DNA of 24,123 nucleotides from Trichormus sp. ATA11-4-KO1 (GCA_019358915.1 JAHHIM010000051.1:1-24123), one strand, 5' to 3'; shown: positions 7,703 through 17,400, counted from the first letter of the stretch. Numbers and translations are program-made. The notes: generated from the sequence alone by a model not told the origin.

Positions 7703-9094
7703 CTATCCCGGCTGAACCCCTCCCCTCTTAGACATTAATTCTTTTAAAAATTTATATTCTGGACTGCGACATATTAATTCTTCACAAAGCTCAGATGAAC
7801 ATCCTAATTCTTGTAATAAACAAGCTTTTATCATGAAATCAAGTATTTGGTTAATCCGAAAAAGTGTCTCCCCATCATACATTTTTTGTTGAGAAGGGTC
7901 ATTATAATGAGTTAAGTAATTACGGATTGTTTTAACTTTTTTAGTAAAATCTTTAGAATCAATAACAAGAGGCTCAATAGTTTTACTTGTTAAGGATAAT
8001 AGTTCTTTTAATCTTTCTAAAAGCGATGGTTCATGACTAAATTGTAATTTTTCTTTTAACCAATCTCTATATTCTATAGGTATAGCTGCAAGTATATTGT
8101 TTAAACGCGTCTTATGTTCTTCTGTAAATGAATTATGCTTATCAATCTTTCTTCTATGATATGACTCTAATGTTTGAACTAGTGATAACAACTTATTCTC
8201 TTGATATAAATTAGGGTTATAAATAGTACTAAAATACAAATTAATTATGTCTTCTGCTTCGTCAAAAAGATTAAACCATCTTTGCATAACCAGACTAAAA
8301 TGTTCCTTAATATCATCTAAACATAGCAGGGCTTCATGTGTTCGTAAAATATCTGTTTTATTTATATAGTTTGGATTTTTAAATATAGCCTTTATTGTTT
8401 GAGGGTAATCATCAATATCCAGTATAAAAAGCAGTTTTGTTATATAATTTGCTCGATTAGCAGCCAATGTTATAAAGTTTTTTAATGGATTTATAAACTG
8501 GCTAAATATTTCATCTATTGACTTTTTTTCTTTGATATCTACAGTAATTAATGCAGATTTATTTACAGTAATTTCTTGGTTAGTTACTTGTTGGTCTATA
8601 AATTGATTTATTGATATATTGGCTTGGGTAATATTAGCTTTTAAATCTTTTAAAACATGATAGAAAACTTGATATTCTTGATAATTTTTATCACCATTAT
8701 AATTACTATTTAAATTAGTATCCCAGAATAAAGGAGACAAATATTTTAGGTCAGTAAAGCCTACTTGAAATTTATCAAATTTAATTTGCTCTAAGTTATT
8801 GAAATGGGAGCCTATAAGGGCAATTTTTACGTTATAGCTTTGAGTTAGAATGCCTGGAAAGGAACGTTTACTTGTATTCCGATGACAATTTAGCAAAGTA
8901 AATAATTGTCCGTGAGTCACTCCGATAATTATTTCTTGACTTTCCGAGTCAGAATTTAAAAAATCTTGCTCATTAAAGCTACCAACAACTTCAAGCGAGA
9001 TTCCTTTTTCAAAGGAGAATTTTACAGTTCCTGTAACTTCTTGCTGAGGATTAGAAGGGAGCCACCAAGACCCAAACAATTCAAATTCTTCCAT
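7703..9094 (-). CDS. ApeA-like HEPN-domain protein (putative anti-phage RNase)
   Basis: N-terminal GSWWLPSNP...GTVKFS (ApeA N-terminal-domain-like) and C-terminal QTLESYHR, SLLERLKEL, RNYLTH (HEPN Rx4H); AT-rich. Confidence 0.82.
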   Translation of the reverse strand: MEEFELFGSWWLPSNPQQEVTGTVKFSFEKGISLEVVGSFNEQDFLNSDSESQEIIIGVTHGQLFTLLNCHRNTSKRSFPGILTQSYNVKIALIGSHFNNLEQIKFDKFQVGFTDLKYLSPLFWDTNLNSNYNGDKNYQEYQVFYHVLKDLKANITQANISINQFIDQQVTNQEITVNKSALITVDIKEKKSIDEIFSQFINPLKNFITLAANRANYITKLLFILDIDDYPQTIKAIFKNPNYINKTDILRTHEALLCLDDIKEHFSLVMQRWFNLFDEAEDIINLYFSTIYNPNLYQENKLLSLVQTLESYHRRKIDKHNSFTEEHKTRLNNILAAIPIEYRDWLKEKLQFSHEPSLLERLKELLSLTSKTIEPLVIDSKDFTKKVKTIRNYLTHYNDPSQQKMYDGETLFRINQILDFMIKACLLQELGCSSELCEELICRSPEYKFLKELMSKRGGVQPG

Positions 9095-9279
9095 TTGAAA
9101 TTAAAAGATTACTAAATTTTTTTGCCGATTTTAACATAAAAAATTAAATCCCCGGAAAGCTAGCTAATGTCAAAATGAGCGCCTAACCGCTCCAAAAACC
9201 TTAATTATTCGTGGAAAGTGAGTAATGCTAACAAAGTATTGCGAATGCTTACTAAGGAATTTTGCTTTTTGACAGCGAA

Positions 9280-10713
9280 TCAATTCTCAAAATCAATAAG
9301 CTTGCCATTGAAGTGCTGGTAAATCTTGAAAGCTTCAAACCAGCTTGGCAAGGTATGCTCAACATCCTCCAATTTGTTGCCAATAGCATCGACTAAACCA
9401 TGTTTCACAACAACTCTGGATAATGGTTTTTCACCATCAGCTGTAAACTTCTCAATCAAGATGCTGCCAGCTTTTCTCATAGCAGCTGTACCATCCCCAA
9501 ACGCCTCATTAGTACCCAGATGGGTGACACCAATAAACCGTTCTTTAGCCTTCCTGGTATCACTAAAGGTTGATTTAATAAACTTTTTGACAGTCTCTGA
9601 ATCCATATCTTTCAAGTGAGTGAATTCATCTAAGAGAAATTGTTCAGCCTGATTATCATCTAAATCTAGTCCAATCCGCTCTAATCTCCGCTCGTAGGTA
9701 TCCTGCAAGACTTCAATAATTGCTGAGTCATTGTCAGCTTTCTCTTTTGCTTCTAAAAGCTTCCAGACTTTGCTATTTGCACCGTTTAAATGTCTGTCAG
9801 CTATTCTAAATACCGTCACACCTAAACAATATTTTCTGACCAGTCCAACGGCGACAGATGTATTAGTCTTACCTGTGCCTTGTTCCCCAATTATCCATAG
9901 TGGCTTAACTGCCTTAATGACAGTCCATAACCAGCCCGATTCATGACTTTTAAGAGCATCTATCAAACTATTTTTAAGTACTTCGCTGGGTGATTCCTGG
10001 CTAGTACCTCTGGCATCGTTAGCAGGCTTGGAAATCTTCTCTAGCTTGCGGTTGTTTTCAGCAGTGGATAGCCTATTGTCAGCAATCTGCTTATCCATGT
10101 CGCTCAAAGTTAGCTCGTGGTGCTTGAGTGCCAATTCACCTTGAAGTTGCCCGCTAATATGGTCAAGCTGCTTCTCACCTTCGGTTTTCATCTGTTCGAT
10201 TGTGTCTGTCGCATCACGGGCGAGCGCCTGCTTTGTGACCTCTGATTGCTTGGCTTTGGTGAACTGGGTCAGGTCTAGATGGTTAGAAACAACTATGTCA
10301 TTCTCTAAAGCCCTAGCTTTGAGCAATGATAATTGACTATGAATAGCTTTCTCTTGAGATTTTGTCAGTGACTTACTAACACCATAGGCAGCTAATAAGG
10401 CAACTGTACCCAGTACACCATACATCGTGGCTGAATCGTCTTCTGGAGGCAATACCCTCAAAAAAGTTACTTTGCTATCAAAAGTAAAATTCCTACGTTC
10501 CCTATCCACAATCCAGCTAATACCGCGCTTGATTTGTTCACGGGAGCAAGGCTGATTAGGAGAGAAACAATACAAAGTTTCAGACCATTTCACTGAATCA
10601 TTCCACAATGGAATTGTGAGACTTAAACCAGCAATAGTTAAACTGCCTACAATGACTGTGGCAGTCCGACGTTGAGATTTTAATCGCTGGTTAAATGCTT
10701 CAATCTCTTGCAT
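9280..10713 (-). CDS. Membrane-anchored FtsK/HerA-superfamily P-loop ATPase with central coiled coil
   Basis: Two hydrophobic segments (ATVIVGSLTIAGLSLTIPLW, MYGVLGTVALLAAYGV), a coiled-coil-like middle, Walker A GEQGTGKT, Walker B FLLDE, and an RK-strand-H motif (DTRKAKERFIGVTH); GGAGG RBS. Confidence 0.75.
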   Translation of the reverse strand: MQEIEAFNQRLKSQRRTATVIVGSLTIAGLSLTIPLWNDSVKWSETLYCFSPNQPCSREQIKRGISWIVDRERRNFTFDSKVTFLRVLPPEDDSATMYGVLGTVALLAAYGVSKSLTKSQEKAIHSQLSLLKARALENDIVVSNHLDLTQFTKAKQSEVTKQALARDATDTIEQMKTEGEKQLDHISGQLQGELALKHHELTLSDMDKQIADNRLSTAENNRKLEKISKPANDARGTSQESPSEVLKNSLIDALKSHESGWLWTVIKAVKPLWIIGEQGTGKTNTSVAVGLVRKYCLGVTVFRIADRHLNGANSKVWKLLEAKEKADNDSAIIEVLQDTYERRLERIGLDLDDNQAEQFLLDEFTHLKDMDSETVKKFIKSTFSDTRKAKERFIGVTHLGTNEAFGDGTAAMRKAGSILIEKFTADGEKPLSRVVVKHGLVDAIGNKLEDVEHTLPSWFEAFKIYQHFNGKLIDFEN

Positions 10714-10716
10714 TGC

Positions 10717-10962
10717 TTACCTCCGATAAACCAGCACTGCCAACACTGCCAAAAATACAAAAAATCCGTATGCTTGTAGCCAAGTTTCAAGATAAGTTTG
10801 CAAGGTACTTGCAAACTTATCTAAGCCAAGAGATTGTGACAAATTCCACAAAAGAGCAAGGTTATGAGCAGTACTAAGGGCATCCATTATAAAGGCGTTA
10901 AAAGCAATCACAAACCCAATGAAACCAAATATTCCTAGTAAGAAGTTGTTTGTCCTATACAT
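10717..10962 (-). CDS. Small two-TM membrane protein
   Basis: Hydrophobic N- and C-terminal helices; overlaps the upstream gene by 8 nt and ends 3 nt before the ATPase start. Confidence 0.75.
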   Translation of the reverse strand: MYRTNNFLLGIFGFIGFVIAFNAFIMDALSTAHNLALLWNLSQSLGLDKFASTLQTYLETWLQAYGFFVFLAVLAVLVYRR

Positions 10963-11527
10963 CTACATTCTTTTGATTCATATTTAAGACAGCAAGTAAA
11001 CTGAATAACAAGAGTACTGCTGCCAAAACTAAACTCATACTTGGAAGTTGAAAACCGCTTAATCCTTCAGCAGTTTTTATCTCGGTATAGGTGCTTTTAA
11101 TTGCCTGATGAGTGTTGTAAATTTCTTCACTTATCCTTTTGGTGCTAGTCCAACCAACTGCTACACCAATACTCAATTTAGTAAGAGTTTGCATCGGTCG
11201 AACGTGCTTTAGTTCCCATCTTTCACTAGATAGTTCAAAACTGAAACTCTCTGATAAATCAACTAATCCAGGCATCATCGCTAGTGTGAAGCTAGCTACT
11301 TGGATAATGATTAATGTCACTTGAAGATTGAACAGCAGCCAAGATAGACTTGCACTACCAACCTGACAGGCTAGAAATAATAAACCAAAATCAAAGCGCT
11401 TTCTCATCTGGATATCTGCATATAATTGGCTTTCAATATGCTGTAAATATCTTGCTGTATCCTGGTTTATACTCGTGCTGGCATCCGAGTTAGTTAGTAG
11501 TTCATCAAGTTGGTCTGGTGGTAACAT
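10955..11527 (-). CDS. Multi-pass membrane protein, hypothetical
   Basis: Three to four hydrophobic segments (FGLLFLACQVGSASLSWLLFNL, LIIIQVASFTLAMM, LVLAAVLLLFSLLAVL). Confidence 0.8.
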   Translation of the reverse strand: MLPPDQLDELLTNSDASTSINQDTARYLQHIESQLYADIQMRKRFDFGLLFLACQVGSASLSWLLFNLQVTLIIIQVASFTLAMMPGLVDLSESFSFELSSERWELKHVRPMQTLTKLSIGVAVGWTSTKRISEEIYNTHQAIKSTYTEIKTAEGLSGFQLPSMSLVLAAVLLLFSLLAVLNMNQKNVDV

Positions 11528-11550
11528 GAGAATATCTTTAAGTTCGTTTG

Positions 11551-11581
11551 ATGCCCAAGTAATTAACAGTTACCTGGGCAT
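11551..11581 (-). promoter_or_regulatory. Intercistronic stem-loop within the membrane/ATPase operon
   Basis: Minus strand reads ATGCCCAGGTAAC-tgtta-ATTACTTGGGCAT just after the 216-aa gene stop, with no long U tract. Confidence 0.55.
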
Positions 11582-11587
11582 TGAATT

Positions 11588-12238
11588 TTAAAAACCAAGT
11601 GCTGATTTGACCTTGAGGAATGTTTCTTTAATTCCATTAGTCAGATATTGTTTTTCAGGAATTAGGTCAACACGGCTGTTATCACCCTTATCTAGTACAT
11701 GATTAAGTACTTTAGTCTGATATTGTTCATCACTCTGAATTTGCTTAATTTCCGGTCGATAACTTTGCTCAAGTAATGATGTTTTGTTGTCAACACCTGC
11801 CAAGTAAACATCAATGTATCCTTTAATTTGTTGGTAATTCATCTGGTAGTGGTGACGCTCATTTTCAGCATTTCGAGCATTGATGAACTCACTGGCTAGT
11901 TCACTTCGACGATGGGTATATTGAGTGTTGGCTAAAGTTGCATTCATCACTGCCTTATCTATCTCAATTGCAGATTTACCAGCGTTTACCAGCACTTCTG
12001 AAAATGCTTTATTTTGGGCAGTAGTTCCATTGATTATTTCGTGATATGCAGCAGCCAGTTTGGGAGCCAATTCAGCGCTTAATCGCCCTTGCCGCGCTAA
12101 TTCCCCAATTTTTTGAGCGCTGGTGACATCCCCTTGCATGGCGGCGGTGAAGTCATCTAAAGTTACCCCAAATTTCTGTTTTATAACTTGGTTGATTCGC
12201 TTGGCTTTTGGTGTTACGTGGTTTTTGAGCTTCACCAT
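11588..12238 (-). CDS. Hypothetical alpha-helical/coiled-coil protein
   Basis: 216-aa Ala-rich helical ORF overlapping the upstream gene by 7 nt; amphipathic-looking C-terminus IKETFLKVKSALGF. Confidence 0.8.
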   Translation of the reverse strand: MVKLKNHVTPKAKRINQVIKQKFGVTLDDFTAAMQGDVTSAQKIGELARQGRLSAELAPKLAAAYHEIINGTTAQNKAFSEVLVNAGKSAIEIDKAVMNATLANTQYTHRRSELASEFINARNAENERHHYQMNYQQIKGYIDVYLAGVDNKTSLLEQSYRPEIKQIQSDEQYQTKVLNHVLDKGDNSRVDLIPEKQYLTNGIKETFLKVKSALGF

Positions 12239-12435
12239 GAAAAATATTCCTTGCTTAGTGGATTGGTAAAATCTCGATACTCTGGCTTGTATACCCTGCT
12301 TTGGGAAAAGCGGTAATTATCCCATGCCAGAAGCACCATTAGCAGGCTTAAAGCTATCAGAATAATGAATAAGGCTTTGTGTGGATTGAAGGCTATTAAA
12401 AGACTTTTATTCTGCTTTGATAAGTGGGATTGCAA
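12232..12435 (-). CDS. Small single-TM protein
   Basis: ALFIILIALSLLMVLLAW; fills the gap and overlaps both neighbours; start codon uncertain. Confidence 0.6.
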   Translation of the reverse strand: MQSHLSKQNKSLLIAFNPHKALFIILIALSLLMVLLAWDNYRFSQSRVYKPEYRDFTNPLSKEYFSW

Positions 12436-13132
12436 AGGCTTTGAGTGCCGTTCGGATACTACTTTTAAAATCAGTATTCTGCTGAATTATCCGCTTGTTT
12501 ATTGTTCGCAGTCCATCGGTTAATTGTTGGCTGTTCTCGTTGAACTTAGCTTCGGCATACTCCGTTACTTCACTCACCATTGAGGCTATCTTATGGGTAT
12601 TGCTTGCCGCTTTATGCTCTATAAATTGGGTAATGGCTGATTGAATATCGTCGATAGCTTCATCCAGTGACTCAGCCGAGTAGTTGATATTTTCAGCAAT
12701 GTTTTCAACTTCCTGGATATCCAGCACAATGCCCATATTGTAAGCAGTGCTGGCAACTAATTCTGACTTCTCTTGCAGTGCAAGCGTGTGATGAACATAA
12801 TTCTGTGTTGTTTGCTGTGTAATGGTTTCAGGCTCTTCCGAATGTGCGTTCGGATGCACTTCTAAGGTGGCATCTGAAACTAACTCAGTATCATCTTTGC
12901 GTAAGTCACTTGCATTGCTGTTTCCAGGGTTTACAGTTGCTAATTCAGTAGGTTGTAGTTCATTCACTAATGACTTAATTACCTCGCTACGAATATCAGG
13001 ACACCAATCATCGGGATAATCCGGGCAAAGTTCTAATATTCTGTTTTCAATTTGTGCGCTAGTTACTTCAATCCCCTTGTTTTTAATTGTCCGTCTGATT
13101 GAATCAACTTTGTTCTTTAGTTCTTTAGACAT
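12407..13132 (-). CDS. Hypothetical coiled-coil protein
   Basis: 241 aa with a small helical N-domain, an acidic linker and a long heptad-like C-terminus; its ATG abuts the upstream stop. Confidence 0.8.
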   Translation of the reverse strand: MSKELKNKVDSIRRTIKNKGIEVTSAQIENRILELCPDYPDDWCPDIRSEVIKSLVNELQPTELATVNPGNSNASDLRKDDTELVSDATLEVHPNAHSEEPETITQQTTQNYVHHTLALQEKSELVASTAYNMGIVLDIQEVENIAENINYSAESLDEAIDDIQSAITQFIEHKAASNTHKIASMVSEVTEYAEAKFNENSQQLTDGLRTINKRIIQQNTDFKSSIRTALKAFAIPLIKAE

Positions 13133-13549
13133 TTATTTGCTCCGTGTGATTGTAGTGAAAAATACGACTTTACAGGCTTCTGAATAGCTGTATATTTTTT
13201 GTTTACTAAAATGTAAACAGCTTTTGTAAAAAGCATTTATCAGCATTCTGTCTGTTACGTTAGGCTTAATTTTCCTCAGAATTTCTAATAATTCATTGCC
13301 AGAAAATTCTTGAGTATCTTGGTAGTCTTGCTGGAATCTTTCATAAGTTTTAAGCGCTTGTTTAGTAATAGGTGTTCTAGGGAATTGGTTTTTGAACTTT
13401 GCAAACATCCGCAAAGTCGAGACTGTAATAGTCATTCCCGAACGCTCTAACTCACCTCGCAAGTTACGCCACCTACGGTTACTAACCTCTCCAGCTACCG
13501 CTTGATAAGTTTGTCGGTAGTAGGCTTCCGTCGATTGCTTCATAGGCAT
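13133..13549 (-). CDS. Basic hypothetical protein, possibly DNA-binding (HTH-like)
   Basis: First gene of the operon; Arg/Lys-rich; C-terminal FSGNELLEILRKIKPNVTDRMLINAF...IYSYSEA resembles a winged HTH (inference). Confidence 0.7.
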   Translation of the reverse strand: MPMKQSTEAYYRQTYQAVAGEVSNRRWRNLRGELERSGMTITVSTLRMFAKFKNQFPRTPITKQALKTYERFQQDYQDTQEFSGNELLEILRKIKPNVTDRMLINAFYKSCLHFSKQKIYSYSEACKVVFFTTITRSK

Positions 13550-13587
13550 ATCTGCAATTAATTACTTATGAAGTTCAATTGCATAGC

Positions 13588-13631
13588 ATCGTAAACCATC
13601 TATAGACAGTTGTCAACTATCTATGTACAAT
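13588..13631. promoter_or_regulatory. Overlapping divergent sigma70-type promoters with a palindromic operator
   Basis: Minus strand: TTGACA (13616-13611)-N17-TACGAT (13593-13588). Plus strand: TAGACA (13603-13608)-N17-TACAAT (13626-13631). Palindrome ATAGACAGTTG-t-CAACTATCTAT (13602-13624) covers both -35 boxes. Confidence 0.75.
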
Positions 13632-13663
13632 TTACAGTAAGATGAATTACGAATTTTATAAAA

Positions 13664-13909
13664 ATGCTTAGAGTGCAAGTAAAAAGGTCAATTGTTATAG
13701 TTAGAGACTTTCCAGGATTGGGGGAACGAATAAAGAAGGCTAGGGAAGGCGATAAACGCTCATTAACCCAGATATGTAAGGATTCTGGAGTATCTAGAAC
13801 TTACTGGCATCAAATTGAGAATGAGGCTACTTTATCCCCAATCACAGAAGATATTGTTCGCAAAATCGAGGTGACGCTAGGCATTGACTTGGGGGTGAGC
13901 TTTGACTGA
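13664..13909 (+). CDS. XRE-family HTH transcriptional regulator
   Basis: LGERIKKARE...SLTQICKDSGVSRTYWHQIENE...IVRKIEVTLGI. Confidence 0.9.
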   Translation: MLRVQVKRSIVIVRDFPGLGERIKKAREGDKRSLTQICKDSGVSRTYWHQIENEATLSPITEDIVRKIEVTLGIDLGVSFD

Positions 13910-14405
13910 TTTGAAATCCATCTGTACCATTTTTCCGGAAAAGCGAATGCTCTATCGTTCTCGCAACCAACGGAGTAATAAAGCTTTCAGAAGTGCGATC
14001 GCACTGCGATACCCCGAAAATTCTGTCGCATGGGACTAAAATTCGTGAAATACATCTGTACTGCGACAGCTGCGACACCTACCAAGCAAGGGTTCCAGGC
14101 TTTGAAATATATTTGCAAGGGTATTTTTGAGCTTTACAACTAAGAATTTTCTTAGTCTTTAGCCTAGTTCGCAGTCAGTTATAAACTTGATATGTCAACT
14201 TTCGCACAAAGCCACTGTCAGAGTAAAATCGATTATCAGAGTAAAATATAGTTACAAATAAGCGACCCCCGCAGTTCTCCGCGACCAAACTTTGAACTAC
14301 AGGGATCTACAAATATCTTGTTTTATCTTATCTACTTTTTGCCATGTCAACAAGTAGTCAGGTAAACGGGGGTTGCTTCCTATTCACTTCAAGGAGGCAT
14401 TCCCA

Positions 14406-17400
14406 ATGATTTCATCTTCTTCTCGTATTCATTCCCCAAATAATTCGCCTAGCAAACATTCAGCACAAGAACAATCCCACAATCCAGCTGATAAGTTACT
14501 GACTGGATTAGAGGTATTACCTCAAGAGTGGGCATTAACCCCAGTGAATGGGAATAAACAGCCATACCGTGAGAATTGGCAGAATGAGCAGCCAATTACC
14601 CGTGAGAAATTGATAGCCATGATTAAAAGTGGCTTGCCTCAAGGCTACGGCTTGAGAACTGGTAAATGGTCTGTTGGAATTTTGGCAATTGACGCTGATG
14701 GCCAGGCAGCGCACGAAAAATTAAACCAGCTTGGGGAGTTGCCTAAAACAGTTGCCTTCACATCTGGCAAGCCTGGACGATGCCAATATCTTGTGCGAGT
14801 ACCCAAAGAATATTGGTCAGTAGTCAAAACTCAAAAAATTAATACTGGGGTCAAGGGTGAAAATGGTAAAGACCAGTTGTTAGAGTTCCGTTGGACTGGT
14901 TGCCAGAGTGTATTACCTCCATCAGTTCACCCTGAAACTGGCCAGTACAACTGGGTAAACTCTCCTGAAGATTGTGAGATTGCCCAATGTCCCACATGGG
15001 TAATTGAATTGTTTCAGACCACGGCTAAAGCGACAGAAACATTCAGCCATTCATACTCAACGGGTGATATACCTCTTTATGAGTGCCTCAGCAAAGATGA
15101 CCGAGCGCTGATTGATAATGGAACCGGGGAAGGAGAACGGGATGATAAAGGAGCCAAGCTAGCTCGTAACTTAATTGGTACAGCTATTAGGCTCAACCAT
15201 TTAGGGCATCGCTTTGAAGGCGAACCACGCACTTTACTAGATATTTATTGCTCACGCTGTACGCCACCGCTTTCTAACCTAGATGCTGACCGAATTTGGA
15301 AGTCAGCCGAAAAAAGTAATCCTACTGCCACTTTGAGCGATGATTACCTTAACAACTGCATCAAAGCATGGCACAGGCAACAAACTCAAGAAAAAAGTTC
15401 AAAAGGCAATCCGGCGAACGCCAATAATTCTAATGTTATCCCTCACCCCGCGGCGAGATTAACTAGTGATGAATTGGTCAAAGAAATTAACGCGCTGATT
15501 GACAGTGAATGCAGTCAATCTGAGGTCAAGGTGAAGCTGGGAGAATTATCCGCTAGGTCTAATAACCGCAAGGTAGTAGACATCTACAATGCACGGTTAA
15601 AGGAACGAGAACAGGCTTTTGAGAGGGAGATGGCTACCAAACAATTACCAACACTCCTAGAAGCACAAAAGGCGCGGTTAAACCCAAATCAAGTACTTTG
15701 GGGTGATGGTGGCAAGCTTGCAAGCCTCATGGATTCTGTTGCTGAAGCTATGCCCGTATCGCCGGAATTATTATTAACTACTTTGTTCCCAGTCGCAGCC
15801 TCAACAATCGGTACATCTTCTCGATTAGTTGTCAATCCCGCTACTGGATACACAGTAACTCCGATTTTTTGGACGTGCGTAGTAGCTAACAGCGGTAGCC
15901 TGAAAACTCCAGCGCAACAGGTAATTATCAAACCATTAAACAAACTTGAGGCTCTGGAATACGACAAATGGCAGCAAGCTAAAGATGATTACAAACAACA
16001 ATTAAAGCGGTGTGCCAAGGGCGATGAATTACCAGATGAACCAGCACCGCGTAAACGTTTTATTATCCAAGGTTGCACAGCTGAAGCTCGGATGAAGATA
16101 CACGGTGAGAACCGCAAAGGAATACTCTATCACCGCGATGAATGGGCAGGATTTATCACGGGACGGAACAAATACCGCGCTGGTAAAGGTGACGATAGCC
16201 AGCTTGATTTGAGCGAGTTTAACGGTGAAGCACTGTTTAAAGATGTTGTAGATAGTGATAAATGTATTTACCTTGAACGCTCTGCCATTAGCCGCACAGG
16301 TAACACTCAACCAGAGGTTTTAAAACAGTTTCAGTCTCAACAAAACTTTGCGGATTTCGCTGGTGAATTTGCCCGTTGGTTATTCTGTTTAAGAGAAAGC
16401 CCTGTGGCATACATTGATTTGTTCAAAGACAACGATGGAACAGGTCAGCAACTAGAACAGGAATTTATCAGACTTTATAAAGCACTTGGTAGCCTGCCAG
16501 AACATGATTATTTCCTCTCTGATAAAGCAAAGGAAATTTATCAAGCATACCAACATAAATTAATGCACTGGTTGCAAGCAGAAGAACACCCAGGCTTAAA
16601 AAACACTTACCCAAAATTCCAAACGTATTTGGGTAGATTCGCACTCTGGTTACACCTAGTTAATGCAGTTTTAGCTGGTGAATCCACACCACAACAATTC
16701 ATCAACGGTCAAATCATGGCTGTGGCCTGCCGTGTAATTGACTTCTACTTGGCACAAGCAAGGCTGCTTTATGCCCTCAACAGCGACCAACAAGCGCTAG
16801 CAGGCAACTTATTAAAAATCAAAGAATATATCGATAAGCATCCAGAGGGTGTTGCTGTTCGGCAGATTAAAGCGGGCATTAAAGCAATGCAAAAAGTACC
16901 ATCTTCTGAGATTGAACAGGATTGTCAATCACTTGTCCGTACTGGTGTTATTAAACAGGTAGCTAAACAGTATATTCCCAATCCCAGTACGAACGTTGAC
17001 TTGGGTGGCCAAACGTTAACTCCTGGCCAACACTCTCAAAGCCCTAATTTATATGGATTAAAAGAAACTGTTGACTTTGTTGACCAATTTCAAAACAATT
17101 CTGAAAACCAAAACTATTTAGAAGAACATCTAAATAAAAATGAAAAAACTGATTCTATAGAGATTTTGGTCAATACTGGTCAACAAAATTCTGAAACTAC
17201 CTCACAGCAAGAAGTTGACCCTGTTGTCCCAGAGTCAACAACCGGTCAACAATCGGTCAACACTGGTGAGAGGTTTAAAAAAGGCGATCGTGTAGTATTT
17301 CATGAGGGTGATAAAAATTGGCACAAAGGAACCATCAAGAATTGCATCTATGAGTCTGGGTATTTTGTCCAAGCCACAATTGAGTACTACGCTTTCAAGA

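Noticed and set aside
7695..7714. TTCACCCCTATCCCGGCTG resembling the RP4 nic region
   Set aside because: It overlaps the HEPN stop codon, lacks the TATCCTG core and an adjacent inverted repeat, and is far from mob genes.
9129..9156. TTTTAACATAA resembling a XerD arm upstream of the HEPN gene
   Set aside because: There is no matching second arm; on the minus strand it reads as an extended -10 (TGnTAAAAT) for the HEPN gene.
13553..13562. TGCAATTAAT shared between the operon leader and the terminal repeats
   Set aside because: A 10-bp AT-rich match is too weak to link the two loci without binding data.
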